Below, piece after piece: positions 18,234-30,030 of a stretch of 64,000 nucleotides of DNA. The position numbers and the translations under genes are program-made. The notes below the pieces were generated by a model. The model had not been told where the DNA came from, searched no databases, and saw only the letters and a program-made list of their open reading frames with translations. Source of the DNA: Pseudomonadota bacterium. GTDB taxonomy: Bacteria > Pseudomonadota > Gammaproteobacteria > UBA9214. Every line of letters starts with the position of its first letter. The stretch's first letter is position 1. The stretch is from positions 4,199 to 68,198 of the forward strand of contig JBDLIH010000007.1 in assembly GCA_039714975.1 (NCBI GenBank), written 5' to 3'.

Positions 18234-18977
18234 ATGACAAAGTCTGACGATATTCTTGATGATCAGGCGCTGGGGAGTTTCACAGACGGCCTGCTCGATG
18301 CTGCCCACAGCGAAAAGATCATCAAGGCTATGGAAGACGACCCTGAGGTACGGGAGCGTGTATATCAGCTTCGCCGTGCAAAAGACCTGATGAGACTGGG
18401 ATTTGGTGACACCAGCACACCATCAGGCAACACAGCAAAAGAAAAATTCCGGAACTGGAAAATCTTTTCACCGGAAATTGCTGCATCCATTGCAGCCCTG
18501 GCGGTCGCCTTTGGCGCCGGCATGCTTGGCCATGGGTACCATGAGGGGCCAGTGAACGCTGTTGCCGGCCAGGCTGTCGCATCAAGCCGTCAGCATCAAC
18601 CGGAAAAAGTGATTCTGCACATTTCCGAGTCAGACCCTGCAAGGTTTTCCACCATACTCGAGTACACAGAAAAGTTTCTGCAGGAACATCAGGGAGAGGG
18701 AGATCAGATTGAGGTCGTCGCACACGCAGGAGGCCTTGATCTGATGCGGTCTGATGTTTCCCCGTTCAAGGAACAGATACTCGAGATGATTTCCAAATAC
18801 AAGAACGTGCATTTCTTTGGCTGCGCCAATGCCATCCGTATGTTACAAAACAATGGCATTAACCCTGCCATAATCAGTGGCATCAACACGCACGTGACCA
18901 CATTCGAGCACATCGTCAGTCGACTGCAAACAGGCGGCTGGAAGTATATAAAGGTTGATTCGATTAAGAGTATCTAA
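18234..18977 (+). CDS. Membrane anti-sigma factor with a periplasmic DsrE/DsrF-like (COG1416, sulfur-relay fold) domain
   Basis: Begins 7 bp after the sigma factor gene. N-terminal anti-sigma-like helix region. One TM segment (IAASIAALAVAFGAGMLG). C-terminal domain KVILHISESDP...IEVVAHAGGLDLM...VHFFGCANAIRML matches the DsrE-like pattern, including the conserved Cys. Confidence 0.6.
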   Translation: MTKSDDILDDQALGSFTDGLLDAAHSEKIIKAMEDDPEVRERVYQLRRAKDLMRLGFGDTSTPSGNTAKEKFRNWKIFSPEIAASIAALAVAFGAGMLGHGYHEGPVNAVAGQAVASSRQHQPEKVILHISESDPARFSTILEYTEKFLQEHQGEGDQIEVVAHAGGLDLMRSDVSPFKEQILEMISKYKNVHFFGCANAIRMLQNNGINPAIISGINTHVTTFEHIVSRLQTGGWKYIKVDSIKSI

Positions 18978-19159
18978 CCCCCCTCGGGATTGTCTGATTG
19001 TTCAGGCATCTCCAGCCACTCCGCCTCTTCGATACCGTTCATGCGCCGGTCGGGCTGCTTTCGACGTTCTTCAAGTACCCTCTCCCCATTGCTATCCCTG
19101 AGCAGAAATGACCGTTTCCCTGCCAACTGTCGTCGATCTTCCGGTTTGCGCTGACTCAT
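18974..19159 (-). CDS. Possible small charged protein (61 aa), function unknown
   Basis: Protein-like composition. An RBS-like AGAAGGG lies upstream. Palindrome copy 3 lies about 250 bp upstream. Confidence 0.25.
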   Translation of the reverse strand: MSQRKPEDRRQLAGKRSFLLRDSNGERVLEERRKQPDRRMNGIEEAEWLEMPEQSDNPEGG

Positions 19160-19409
19160 GATCCGCCCTTCTACCTCTGGAAGTTACCCGGGCAAATAAA
19201 AAAGACCCTGCGACAGGTACCGGAGGTTACGCTGTCACAGGGCTGCTGAAATTGTATGTAATATTCAGTTACCGTGCTTACTCATGAACAGCATGCCCGG
19301 AGAAAACAATGGGCATGCTGGCAGGACCCGGATACCCGTCACCACGCAACATGTCTCATCACTGCCCCGGAGTGAAGCCAAAGAATAATTGCCTCTGATG
19401 ACGGTGGAT

Positions 19410-19426
19410 ATAGGGAATTTCCCTAT
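19410..19426. promoter_or_regulatory. Recurring palindrome, copy 3 (ATAGGGAATTTCCCTAT)
   Basis: Near-perfect 8-bp arms. Intergenic. Confidence 0.4.
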
Positions 19427-19585
19427 TCTGATAGATGCACAAACTGATAGCGCGATGGCCCGGGCACGATCACCGAATGGATCATAGGTCCGTTGCGCAC
19501 GCTGAACCTGGCATCCCGCTCAGGCAAGCTGCCTGCACGATTGAGAGCAGGATCCATCTGCGAGAGAAAACCATACGGGTATCGA

Positions 19586-20233
19586 TCAGGGCGTGATGAC
19601 CCCCATCCGGACGGCAAGACGGGTCAGTGCCGCAATATCGGAAACGCCGAGTTTCTTCTTCACGTTGGTGCAGTGGTGACCGACTGTTTTGGGACTCAGA
19701 TTCAGGATTCCGGCAATATCATTCACGGACTTGCTGTCTGCCAGCAAGTGAAAGACCTCAAACTCCCTGGGTGTCAAACCGGCAACCGCGTCCGACTCCG
19801 GCGTGGTTTTACGTTTAACAAGATATGACATCATTTCCTGTCCGACGTAGACCGAACCTGATGCGACTTGCCGGACGGCCTCTATCATGACCCGTGATGC
19901 GCTGCGCTTGGAAATGTAGCCCAATATTCCTGAATCGAGTGCACGCGCAAGGAAGACTTCGTTTTCATGCACGCTGAAGACGAGTATTTTCGCGGTGCTG
20001 TCCTTTGCCAGTATCCTCATACTGGCTTCCAGTCCGCCCATACCCGGCATTGACAGGTCCATCACCAGCACATCGGGCTGGTATTGGAAAAAGTCTGTAT
20101 AGGCAGATTCGCCATCTGCCGCCTCTGCAATCACCACAATATCCTCGGTGCCCTCAAGCAGCCTGCGGTAACCGGCGCGCACCACCTCGTGATCATCCAC
20201 CAGCAATACTTTTATCTTTCTGTCAGCGTTCAA
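19586..20233 (-). CDS. NarL/FixJ-family response regulator (REC + LuxR HTH)
   Basis: KVLLVDDHEVVR receiver. LuxR HTH LTPREFEVFHLLADSKSVNDIAGILNLSPKTV. Confidence 0.85.
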   Translation of the reverse strand: MNADRKIKVLLVDDHEVVRAGYRRLLEGTEDIVVIAEAADGESAYTDFFQYQPDVLVMDLSMPGMGGLEASMRILAKDSTAKILVFSVHENEVFLARALDSGILGYISKRSASRVMIEAVRQVASGSVYVGQEMMSYLVKRKTTPESDAVAGLTPREFEVFHLLADSKSVNDIAGILNLSPKTVGHHCTNVKKKLGVSDIAALTRLAVRMGVITP

Positions 20234-21633
20234 GCCTGCGCCTCTTCACCGGTCAATGGCACCGAAATCATAATTGAAAGACCTTTCCCTTCCCGGGCAT
20301 CCAGACTGAATTCACCACCCAGCGATTCCACTCTTTCCCGCATACCGATCAGGCCCAGACCACCTGCGGGCATTGTCGCAGGCAACCCGCGTCCATCATC
20401 CTCTATCTTGAGTAACAGCCGGTCAATTTCACCTGCCAGGTCAATAGTAACCTTGCTGGCCCCGGCATGCCTGGTGATATTCGTCAGGCATTCCTGAACA
20501 ATTCTGTATATCGTTATATTGATGCGCTCACCCAGATTATCCAGTTGACCCGTGGCATGCAGTAAGCAGCTTGTATCAGGATTTCTTTGCATCCAGGCAG
20601 ATATATCGTCCTTGAGTGCAGCGACCAGCCCGAGGTCATCGAGTATGCCCGGTCGCAGCCGTGCCATCATCGAGTGAACGCCATCATAGATTCGCGAGGA
20701 AACATCAAGAATCGCTCCGGCACTCGCCTCAACTCTCTCATCCCGTCCAGCGGAAATATCGCGGATCAACTCGGCATCCGCCTGTATCGCTGTAATACAT
20801 TGTCCCAGCTCGTCATGAAGTTCACGTGCCAAATGCTTGCGTTCCTCCTCCTGCACATCGAGGGAGGCATGCACCAGCTGGCGGTTTTCTGCCAGCAGTC
20901 TTCTGGATTTCCCTTCTTCCTGCTCAAGCAACCCCGTGCGGCTGGACACTTCACCTACCATGCGATTGAAGGCCGTTGCCGTCTTGCCCACCTCATCGGC
21001 CGTCTCGGTGGGAACCACAACGGAATAGTCGCCCGCACCGACCGACTCGGCTGCATCGGCCAGTACACCCAGCCGTCGGGTCAGGTGCAAACCGATCAAT
21101 ACCGTGGCCACCACCGTCAGAAAAATCTCCGATACGGCAATCACAATACCCCTGAAGCGGGCTTTGTGTATTGCGCTCTCCATCTGCGCAAGAGAAAAAC
21201 CGGCAAGCATCTTTCCCATGGGTTCACCTGAGACCTGAATGGCCCGCGAGGCATTAAAAACCGCATCGTCAACTGCTGAAGGATGTGAATCAACCCGGGG
21301 CCATGGCTGGGCCGGGGTGTTCCCCAGTGAGACGACCGGGTTTTCATCCCGGTCCAGCACGACCACGTAAGACAACTCCTTGTGGTTGACAACCTTGTTC
21401 AGATAATCCTGCAACGATGCATAGTCAACCGCAACCATGTAACTACCGGACGTGTCGGCGATCTGCTCAAGCAGGCTGCTTGCAGTATCCTGCAAGCGGT
21501 CCGCATGCGTCGTGTGAATAATCCTGATATTGCTCCACACCAGCAATGACAGCATCACGACCTCGATAGTCACCACCCCGGCAATCAGGCGGAAACGCAG
21601 GCTCTGGAAAAAGGAGAATTTTCCTTGCGTCAT
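20230..21633 (-). CDS. NarX-like sensor histidine kinase (2 TM, periplasmic domain, HAMP, HisKA_3, HATPase)
   Basis: H-box RELHDELGQCITAI. GxGxG ATPase region DDGRGL...GGLGLIGMRERV. Confidence 0.85.
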   Translation of the reverse strand: MTQGKFSFFQSLRFRLIAGVVTIEVVMLSLLVWSNIRIIHTTHADRLQDTASSLLEQIADTSGSYMVAVDYASLQDYLNKVVNHKELSYVVVLDRDENPVVSLGNTPAQPWPRVDSHPSAVDDAVFNASRAIQVSGEPMGKMLAGFSLAQMESAIHKARFRGIVIAVSEIFLTVVATVLIGLHLTRRLGVLADAAESVGAGDYSVVVPTETADEVGKTATAFNRMVGEVSSRTGLLEQEEGKSRRLLAENRQLVHASLDVQEEERKHLARELHDELGQCITAIQADAELIRDISAGRDERVEASAGAILDVSSRIYDGVHSMMARLRPGILDDLGLVAALKDDISAWMQRNPDTSCLLHATGQLDNLGERINITIYRIVQECLTNITRHAGASKVTIDLAGEIDRLLLKIEDDGRGLPATMPAGGLGLIGMRERVESLGGEFSLDAREGKGLSIMISVPLTGEEAQA

Positions 21634-22496
21634 TCGGTATCAATCCGCTCCGCGGCCCATATCAGACTGTCATATATATCAGGCAAAGATTTTACAAACC
21701 CCCTGAAACCGGCCGTCTTCAGGGCTTCCCGCCCCGCAGGAGTTGACGGCATCGCTAGCAACACAGCCACCATCGCATCCCTGCATTCAGGATCAATCCA
21801 GGGGGCGGCACTGATCGGCATATGCGGTGTACTTTCAGTGACCGAAATAATCTTCATGCTCTCCCTTACCCCGGGATTGGCCACCTTGAAAGGTGGCATC
21901 ATCAGGGAAGAGGCATCAGTCGCACCGTAATAGGATGAGAGCAATGAAGCATTGTGTGAGGGTGTCGTTACCAGGTTCAGGTCTGCATCCGGATCAAGGC
22001 CGTTATCTTCAAGCTGTTTTCTTACCAGGAGTGTTGCCAGGCTCAGCGGGTCGACCGTTGCCAGCTTCAGGCCTGCCAGATCCTTGATGGTTTCGATCTG
22101 ACTATTCTTGGGGACAACAATGACGGCTGACATGCCGCGAGAATCAACACTGACCAGCAAATGATACCCTGCCTTTTTTCTTGCCAGGTAAAATAGGTGC
22201 GGTGCTGTAAAGAGGAGATCGTAGCGCTTGTCATTATTTGTCCGCCGAATAAATGTTTCGAAATCCGCTGCCGTTTCTATTCGGATGGGTGTACCCAACT
22301 CGGCAGACAGATGATGAACCAGCGGCGCAAATCGTTGTACCAGTTTTTCCGTACTGACCAGTGGAAGAAAACCGAATGTGAGTGCACCATCACGCCCACA
22401 TGGCACATCAAGGGTACTCTGTGCCGCGTTTGCAAGGCCAGGAACAAACAAGGCACAGGTAATGCAGGTACGCAGGAAACGGGTAATCGTTCGCAT
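21630..22496 (-). CDS. Periplasmic PhnD/SsuA-like substrate-binding protein, probable sensory partner of the kinase
   Basis: Start refined to MRTITRFLRTCITCALFVPGLANA (signal peptide). Phosphonate-binding-protein-like fold. Overlaps the kinase start. Confidence 0.6.
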   Translation of the reverse strand: MRTITRFLRTCITCALFVPGLANAAQSTLDVPCGRDGALTFGFLPLVSTEKLVQRFAPLVHHLSAELGTPIRIETAADFETFIRRTNNDKRYDLLFTAPHLFYLARKKAGYHLLVSVDSRGMSAVIVVPKNSQIETIKDLAGLKLATVDPLSLATLLVRKQLEDNGLDPDADLNLVTTPSHNASLLSSYYGATDASSLMMPPFKVANPGVRESMKIISVTESTPHMPISAAPWIDPECRDAMVAVLLAMPSTPAGREALKTAGFRGFVKSLPDIYDSLIWAAERIDTE

Positions 22497-22500
22497 CAAT

Positions 22501-24184
<1,684 letters not shown>

Positions 24185-24185
<1 letters not shown>

Positions 24186-25009
24186 TATGTATTAGCCAGT
24201 AACGTTTGCAAGCGCGTGGTAACAGGCCCTTTTTGAAAGGTGTGTTTATCGACTCCGGTCACAGGCCAGATACCCATCAGGCTGTTACAGACAAACACCT
24301 CGTCGGCCTGCAGCAACGCATCTTGATCTAACCGTTGAATCCTCGCCACTATAGAATTCTCTGCTGCCATCTCCAGCACCCTTGCCCGCATAATACCGGC
24401 AACGCCGCAGAGCTGCAGGTCAGGCGTTATCAACACGCCATCCTGCACCATAAACACGTTACTCATGGTCCCTTCCACGAGGTCCCCGCCAACATCCAGC
24501 ATCAGACCTTCCATAATAGCGGGATCCCCCCACTCCTGGCGCGCCAGAACCTGTTCCAACCGGTTAAGGTGCTTGATGCCTGCCAGTGATGAATTATGTC
24601 CCAGTCGAGTCCGGCAGATTCTTGTCTTAACGCCTCCTTCTTTACAGCTTGCCGGATAGTCGGGCCATGCGTGCAATTGTATAATACGTGTCGATCGTGG
24701 TTCCCCGGGTAAACGGTAACCACGGCCACCACTGCCGCGAGTGATGATGATCTTTATCACGGCCAGTTGCGACTGTTTTATGAGTGAACGGCACTCCTCC
24801 TCCAGCAATGTTTCGTTGACCGACTCCATGCCCAGGCGCTCGCACCCGGATTGCAGGCGGCGCAGATGCCGTGACCAGTATTGGAGTTGCCCATTCTCTA
24901 CGGCAATCGTCTCAAAAACACCATCACCGTAGAGCAGGCCACGATCTGACGTGGGAACACAGTCATTCGGTTTGCCATTCACCAGCACTTGCACAGCGTC
25001 ACCCATCAC
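24185..25009 (-). CDS. pabC: Aminodeoxychorismate lyase (class IV aminotransferase fold)
   Basis: Class IV PLP enzyme pattern. Position between pabB and mltG. Confidence 0.8.
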
Positions 25010-26376
25010 GCATCATCCAGTCCAAGTGCACGCAACAGCCCGCGCGCCTTGGCACGGGTTTCTTCCAGTTCGGCTTGCGCATTCGAATCAGCCACAATTC
25101 CGGCACCGGCACGCAACTCCAGCCGGTCTCCCTGGCAGACCATACTGCGTATCAGGATATTCAGGTCCATACTGCCATCACGGTTGACATAGCCCATGGA
25201 ACCCGTATAGGCACCACGCGGCACTTGTTCAAGCTCGGCGATAATTTGCATGCAACGCACCTTCGGGCAGCCTGTGATGGTACCACCCGGAAAGACGGCA
25301 CGAATCACGTCTCCCGGCGAGACCCTGTCACGCAAGCGCCCGCGCACATTGGAAACGATATGGTGTACATGCGCATAGGACTCGAGCACCATCAGTTCGT
25401 TAACTTCAATCGAACCCGGCACACACAGGCGGCCGAGATCATTACGTTCAAGATCGATTAACATGATGTGCTCGGCACGCTCCTTGGGATGTGCCAGCAA
25501 TTCTTCCGAAGATGCCCTGTCTGACACAAACTCATTACTACGCGGGCGTGTGCCGGCAATCGGCCGTGTTTCAACCATGCCGTCATGAACACAGACCAGA
25601 CGCTCCGGAGAAGAACTGATAATCGACACATCCTTCCATGTCGCCAGGCCGGCAAACGGTGAGGGATTGTGCTGTGCAAGATTGTTAAACAACGTGGCAG
25701 CAGCGGCTGGCTGTTCAAGTGTTATTTCCCAGCGCCTGGAAAGATTCACCTGGAAGACATCACCCTCACGAATGTACGAATGTATCCGCTCAATGGCATC
25801 CAGATAATCCTGTGAATCATCTTCACTGACAGTGGCGACTGTGGCCATATCTGTCGCAAATGTACCTGACAAAGAAGCGATATCCTCAAGGATGCTTTCA
25901 ACTGACATTGAGTGATCCTGTTCAGCAACAATGAAAGACTTCTGCTGTTCATTATCCCGAATCACCGCCGATCTGAAACGTGTCGCGATAGCAACCGGCA
26001 GATCGCAACTTGATTTTGGCAAACACAGACAGGGTTCTATTTGCCCTGCCAACTCATAACCCAGGTAGACAAACCAGCCACCGGTAAAAGGCAGGTTGGT
26101 CTCATCCTGAACAACGGCTCTCTCCTGCTGCCACCAGTCATCAAGGGCAGTCAGGAAATCACTCCCGGCTGATTTCCCCCTGTCCGTATACGTGAGACTT
26201 CCATCCACACCCAGAACCAGGCTGTCACCCGGAAAGGCGAACAGGATGTCATAACGACCATGCGCCGTACTCTGCAAAAGATGGGGATAGCGCTCCGGAT
26301 CAGAGCGGTGTAATTCTATCAGGTCGATTGCGTAATCGACCTTGTGGACATGGCACTGGCTGTGAGATTGCCGCAC
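25006..26376 (-). CDS. pabB: Aminodeoxychorismate synthase component I
   Basis: Chorismate-binding family motifs (GGTITGCPK, TGSMGY). Confidence 0.85.
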   Translation of the reverse strand: MRQSHSQCHVHKVDYAIDLIELHRSDPERYPHLLQSTAHGRYDILFAFPGDSLVLGVDGSLTYTDRGKSAGSDFLTALDDWWQQERAVVQDETNLPFTGGWFVYLGYELAGQIEPCLCLPKSSCDLPVAIATRFRSAVIRDNEQQKSFIVAEQDHSMSVESILEDIASLSGTFATDMATVATVSEDDSQDYLDAIERIHSYIREGDVFQVNLSRRWEITLEQPAAAATLFNNLAQHNPSPFAGLATWKDVSIISSSPERLVCVHDGMVETRPIAGTRPRSNEFVSDRASSEELLAHPKERAEHIMLIDLERNDLGRLCVPGSIEVNELMVLESYAHVHHIVSNVRGRLRDRVSPGDVIRAVFPGGTITGCPKVRCMQIIAELEQVPRGAYTGSMGYVNRDGSMDLNILIRSMVCQGDRLELRAGAGIVADSNAQAELEETRAKARGLLRALGLDDA

Positions 26377-26529
26377 GCGCAGGTAAAAATAAGCCGAGTG
26401 CCAGTTTTATTTAATAGCCACGGAATCCACGAAATAACACGGAAAAATAAAAAACGTTCTGGAAATATTTTCGTGTTCTTCCGTGGATTCCGTGGCCATC
26501 TTGTCTGTCTTTCTCAGGTTGATCCGGGA

Positions 26530-27771
26530 CTAACTCATCCGGCGGAATATCAGTGTGCCGTTGGTGCCACCAAAACCAAAAGAGTTGGACATGGCAACAT
26601 CAAGCTTCATTTCCCTGGCTGTATTCGGTACGTAGTCCAGGTCACATTCCGGATCAGGGTTTTCCAGGTTAATCGTGGGGGGGGCCACCTGATCACGCAG
26701 TGCCAGAAGGGAAAACACCGCTTCAACACCGCCGGCAGCGCCCAGCAGATGGCCTGTCATGGACTTGGTTGAACTGATCGCCACCTTGCTCGCCTTGTCA
26801 CCAAATGAACGTTTGATGGCCAGTGTCTCGGCAATATCGCCCGCGGGTGTCGATGTGCCATGGGCATTGACGTAATCCACGTCCGTATGGTTCAGACCGG
26901 CATCGGCCAGCGCAGCATCCATACACTGTGCAGGTCCTTCCCCACCTTCGGAGGGTTGCGTCATGTGGTAAGCATCACCACTCATACCAAAGCCGACTAT
27001 TTCCGCATAGATATCCGCGCCCCGGGCATGCGCCATTTCGTACTCCTCCAGCACCAGCACACCGGCACCGTCACTGAGCACAAAGCCATCCCGGTCCTTG
27101 TCCCAGGGACGGCTGGCTGCCGCGGGATTCTCATTACGGGTGGAGAGTGCACGCGCTGCTGCAAACCCGCCTATGCCCGTGGGACAGGTCGCCATTTCCG
27201 CACCACCGGCGACCATGATGTCGGCGTCACCATAGGCAATGGTTCGCGCTGCAACACCAATGTTGTGTGTTGCTGAAGTACAGGCAGTGACGATGGCAAT
27301 GTTGGGGCCTTTCAGGCCGTACATAATGGACAGATTCCCGGCAATCATATTAATAATGTTACCAGGAACAAAGAAGGGAGAAATCTTGCGCGGGCCGCCA
27401 TCCAGAAATGCCTGATAGGCTGTTTCTATGCCGTGCAAGCCACCGATACCAGACCCGATCGCAACACCTGCGCGGCTGGCATTGGCTTCTGTAAGCTCTA
27501 TGCCCGAGTCTTCAATGGCATGGCTGGCAGCCGCTATACCATAGTGAATAAACCTGCCCATGCGACGCGCATCTTTCTTCGGGATAAAGTCAGAGACATC
27601 GAAGTCTCTTACTTCACCACCAAAGCGCACTGCGAAATCGGAGACATCAAAACCGGCAATCGGGCCGATACCGCTTTTGCCGGCAAGAATATTATCCCAG
27701 GCAACCTTAATGGCATTGCCAACAGGAGAAATTATACCCAGGCCGGTTACAACAACGCGTCTTTTGGACAA
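26530..27771 (-). CDS. fabF: 3-oxoacyl-ACP synthase II
   Basis: KAS II active-site context (ACTSATH, HGTSTP). Confidence 0.95.
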   Translation of the reverse strand: MSKRRVVVTGLGIISPVGNAIKVAWDNILAGKSGIGPIAGFDVSDFAVRFGGEVRDFDVSDFIPKKDARRMGRFIHYGIAAASHAIEDSGIELTEANASRAGVAIGSGIGGLHGIETAYQAFLDGGPRKISPFFVPGNIINMIAGNLSIMYGLKGPNIAIVTACTSATHNIGVAARTIAYGDADIMVAGGAEMATCPTGIGGFAAARALSTRNENPAAASRPWDKDRDGFVLSDGAGVLVLEEYEMAHARGADIYAEIVGFGMSGDAYHMTQPSEGGEGPAQCMDAALADAGLNHTDVDYVNAHGTSTPAGDIAETLAIKRSFGDKASKVAISSTKSMTGHLLGAAGGVEAVFSLLALRDQVAPPTINLENPDPECDLDYVPNTAREMKLDVAMSNSFGFGGTNGTLIFRRMS

Positions 27772-27864
27772 GACTCATCCCTCACAAACGTACTGCTCAA
27801 AAAACACATAACAAAAAGCCGCACCCGTCAAACAAGGGTACGGCCGGAATTCTTGGGAAAAGAA

Positions 27865-28101
27865 TCAGTCCTTGTTGGCGTTGACGTAATCAATTGCCTG
27901 TTGGACAGTGGTGATCTTTTCTGCTTCTTCATCAGGAATCTCGCACTCGAATTCCTCTTCCAGCGCCATAACCAGTTCAACGGTATCAAGTGAATCAGCA
28001 CCAAGATCATCAACGAATGAAGAGCTGTTGCTCACCTCGTCTTCCTTCACCCCCAATTGCTCGATAACAATTTTCTTGACGCGTTCATCAATATTGCTCA
28101 T
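27865..28101 (-). CDS. acpP: Acyl carrier protein
   Basis: [20 protein letters not shown] phosphopantetheine attachment site. Confidence 0.95.
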   Translation of the reverse strand: MSNIDERVKKIVIEQLGVKEDEVSNSSSFVDDLGADSLDTVELVMALEEEFECEIPDEEAEKITTVQQAIDYVNANKD

Positions 28102-28123
28102 TTCGGATTATTCCTCTTTGATT

Positions 28124-28148
28124 AAAAAAGGCAGCTGCAGCTGCGAGG
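28124..28148 (-). terminator. Palindromic hairpin GCAGCTGCAGCTGC followed by a T-run, between fabG and acpP (possible attenuator)
   Basis: Perfect 14-mer palindrome followed by TTTTTTT on the minus strand. Confidence 0.3.
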
Positions 28149-28306
28149 GTATTGTAGTGAATGCAAGATACAACATACAAGTTGCATCTATACCCCATTT
28201 ACCCCGGATTCTCCCGACTTATGGAGATTCTCATGGCCGTCATACTATAGTTAATTTATTTTCAATTACAGTTACTTACCAAGCATATCTCAGGAAACCG
28301 ATCATC

Positions 28307-29050
28307 CTAACTCATGTACATGCCACCATTCACATGAATGGTTTCACCGGTTATATAGGCCGCATCAGCCGATGCCAGAAATGCAACCGCATTGGCAACA
28401 TCCTCTACCGCCCCCAGCTTCCCAAGTGCAATCTGCTCCAGTAATGCGTCACGTTGCTCCTCCGGCAATGCCCGCGTCATATCCGTATCGATAAAACCCG
28501 GTGCTACCGCATTGACTGTAATCCCCCGTGATCCAATTTCCCTGGCCAGTGATTTGGTAAAACCGATAACACCGGCCTTGGTAGCCGCATAGTTCGATTG
28601 CCCCGCATTTCCGGTTGCACCGATCACTGATGTAATGGTGATGATTCTGCCGTGTTTTGCTTTCATCATGCCGCGCAGGCAAGCCTTGCTCATCCTGAAA
28701 GCCGACGTCAGATTGGTGTCAATCACATCATTCCATTCATCATCTTTCATGCGCATCAGTAAATTATCACGCGTGATACCGGCATTATTCACCAGGATAG
28801 TAGGTGCACCGTATTCAGCCTGGACATCTTTAATCAATGACGCAATGGAATCAGGATCAGTCACATTCAGTACCTTGCCGACACCCTTGATTCCACTTGC
28901 TGCAAACGACTCCGAAATCACCTGTGCACCATTCCCGGACGTTGCAGTTCCGACAACAGTCGCTCCCTTGCTGCCAAGGGCCTCTGCAATCGCTTTACCT
29001 ATGCCGCGACTTGCCCCTGTCACCAGGGCTATTTCATTTAATAAGGACAT
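28307..29050 (-). CDS. fabG: 3-oxoacyl-ACP reductase
   Basis: SDR family with TGASRGIG and YAATKAG. Confidence 0.95.
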   Translation of the reverse strand: MSLLNEIALVTGASRGIGKAIAEALGSKGATVVGTATSGNGAQVISESFAASGIKGVGKVLNVTDPDSIASLIKDVQAEYGAPTILVNNAGITRDNLLMRMKDDEWNDVIDTNLTSAFRMSKACLRGMMKAKHGRIITITSVIGATGNAGQSNYAATKAGVIGFTKSLAREIGSRGITVNAVAPGFIDTDMTRALPEEQRDALLEQIALGKLGAVEDVANAVAFLASADAAYITGETIHVNGGMYMS

Positions 29051-29094
29051 AATAGCTTTCCGTTGTTTACCGGTCTTAACATTTCAAAGCACTA

Positions 29095-30030
29095 TTAATC
29101 CAGTGCTGACTGTAATGAGGACTCATCAAATATGGCTGCGGCTGCAATCGTTTTATCAATGCGTTTGCACAAACCTGTCAGTACTTTTCCGGGCCCTGCT
29201 TCTATGATCCGGGTCACGCCCTGTTTGCCCATAGCCTGTACAGAGCCAACCCATTGCACCGGGCTGTACAACTGTCTGTCCAGGTTTGCACGGATCGTGT
29301 CCGGATCATCATGCAATGTCGCATCCACATTCTGGATGACCTTGATTGAAGGTGTTTTGATCATGGCCTTATCAAGGCGATCGGCGAACTGTTCTGCTGC
29401 CGGTCGCATCAGTGCACAATGTGACGGCACACTGACCGGCAGTTGTACTGCCCGCCTGGCACCTGCCTCTGTCGCCAGCGCGATGGCGCGCTGTACGGCC
29501 TCGGCATGCCCTGCAATAACGACCTGTCCGGGTGAGTTATAGTTAACCGGTGACACCACGTCTCCATCAGCCGCCTGTTCGCATACAACGGCAACCGCGA
29601 CATCATCCAGTCCGAGAATGGCAGCCATTGCGCCAGTGCCAACCGGCACAGCAGACTGCATACAGCGCCCGCGTTCTTCAACCAGGCTGACGGCCTCCTG
29701 AAAATCCAGGGCACCGGCACACACCAGAGCGGTGTATTCACCGAGGCTATGCCCCGCCATCAGAACGGGCGCCAAACCGCTGGCATCCTGCCACACTCGC
29801 CAAACAGCCACGCCTGCCGCCAGCATTGCCGGTTGCGTCTTGTCCGTCTCGTTCAGTTCATCCTCAGGCCCATCCTGCGCCAGCTGCCATAGATCATAGC
29901 CAAGCACGTCACTGGCCTGGTCAAAAGTGTCGACAACCTGTGAGTGGTCCGTGGCAAGCGCGGACAACATGCCGAGCGACTGGGAACCCTGACCGGGAAA
30001 TACAATTGCGAGAGTTGAGTTCATAATCAA
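29095..30030 (-). CDS. fabD: Malonyl-CoA:ACP transacylase
   Basis: GHSLGEY active-site motif. Confidence 0.95.
   Translation of the reverse strand: MIMNSTLAIVFPGQGSQSLGMLSALATDHSQVVDTFDQASDVLGYDLWQLAQDGPEDELNETDKTQPAMLAAGVAVWRVWQDASGLAPVLMAGHSLGEYTALVCAGALDFQEAVSLVEERGRCMQSAVPVGTGAMAAILGLDDVAVAVVCEQAADGDVVSPVNYNSPGQVVIAGHAEAVQRAIALATEAGARRAVQLPVSVPSHCALMRPAAEQFADRLDKAMIKTPSIKVIQNVDATLHDDPDTIRANLDRQLYSPVQWVGSVQAMGKQGVTRIIEAGPGKVLTGLCKRIDKTIAAAAIFDESSLQSALD

Noticed and set aside
19423-19617. 64-aa ORF overlapping the 3' end of the NarL-like regulator gene
   Set aside because: Antisense overlap with a well-supported gene. No RBS.
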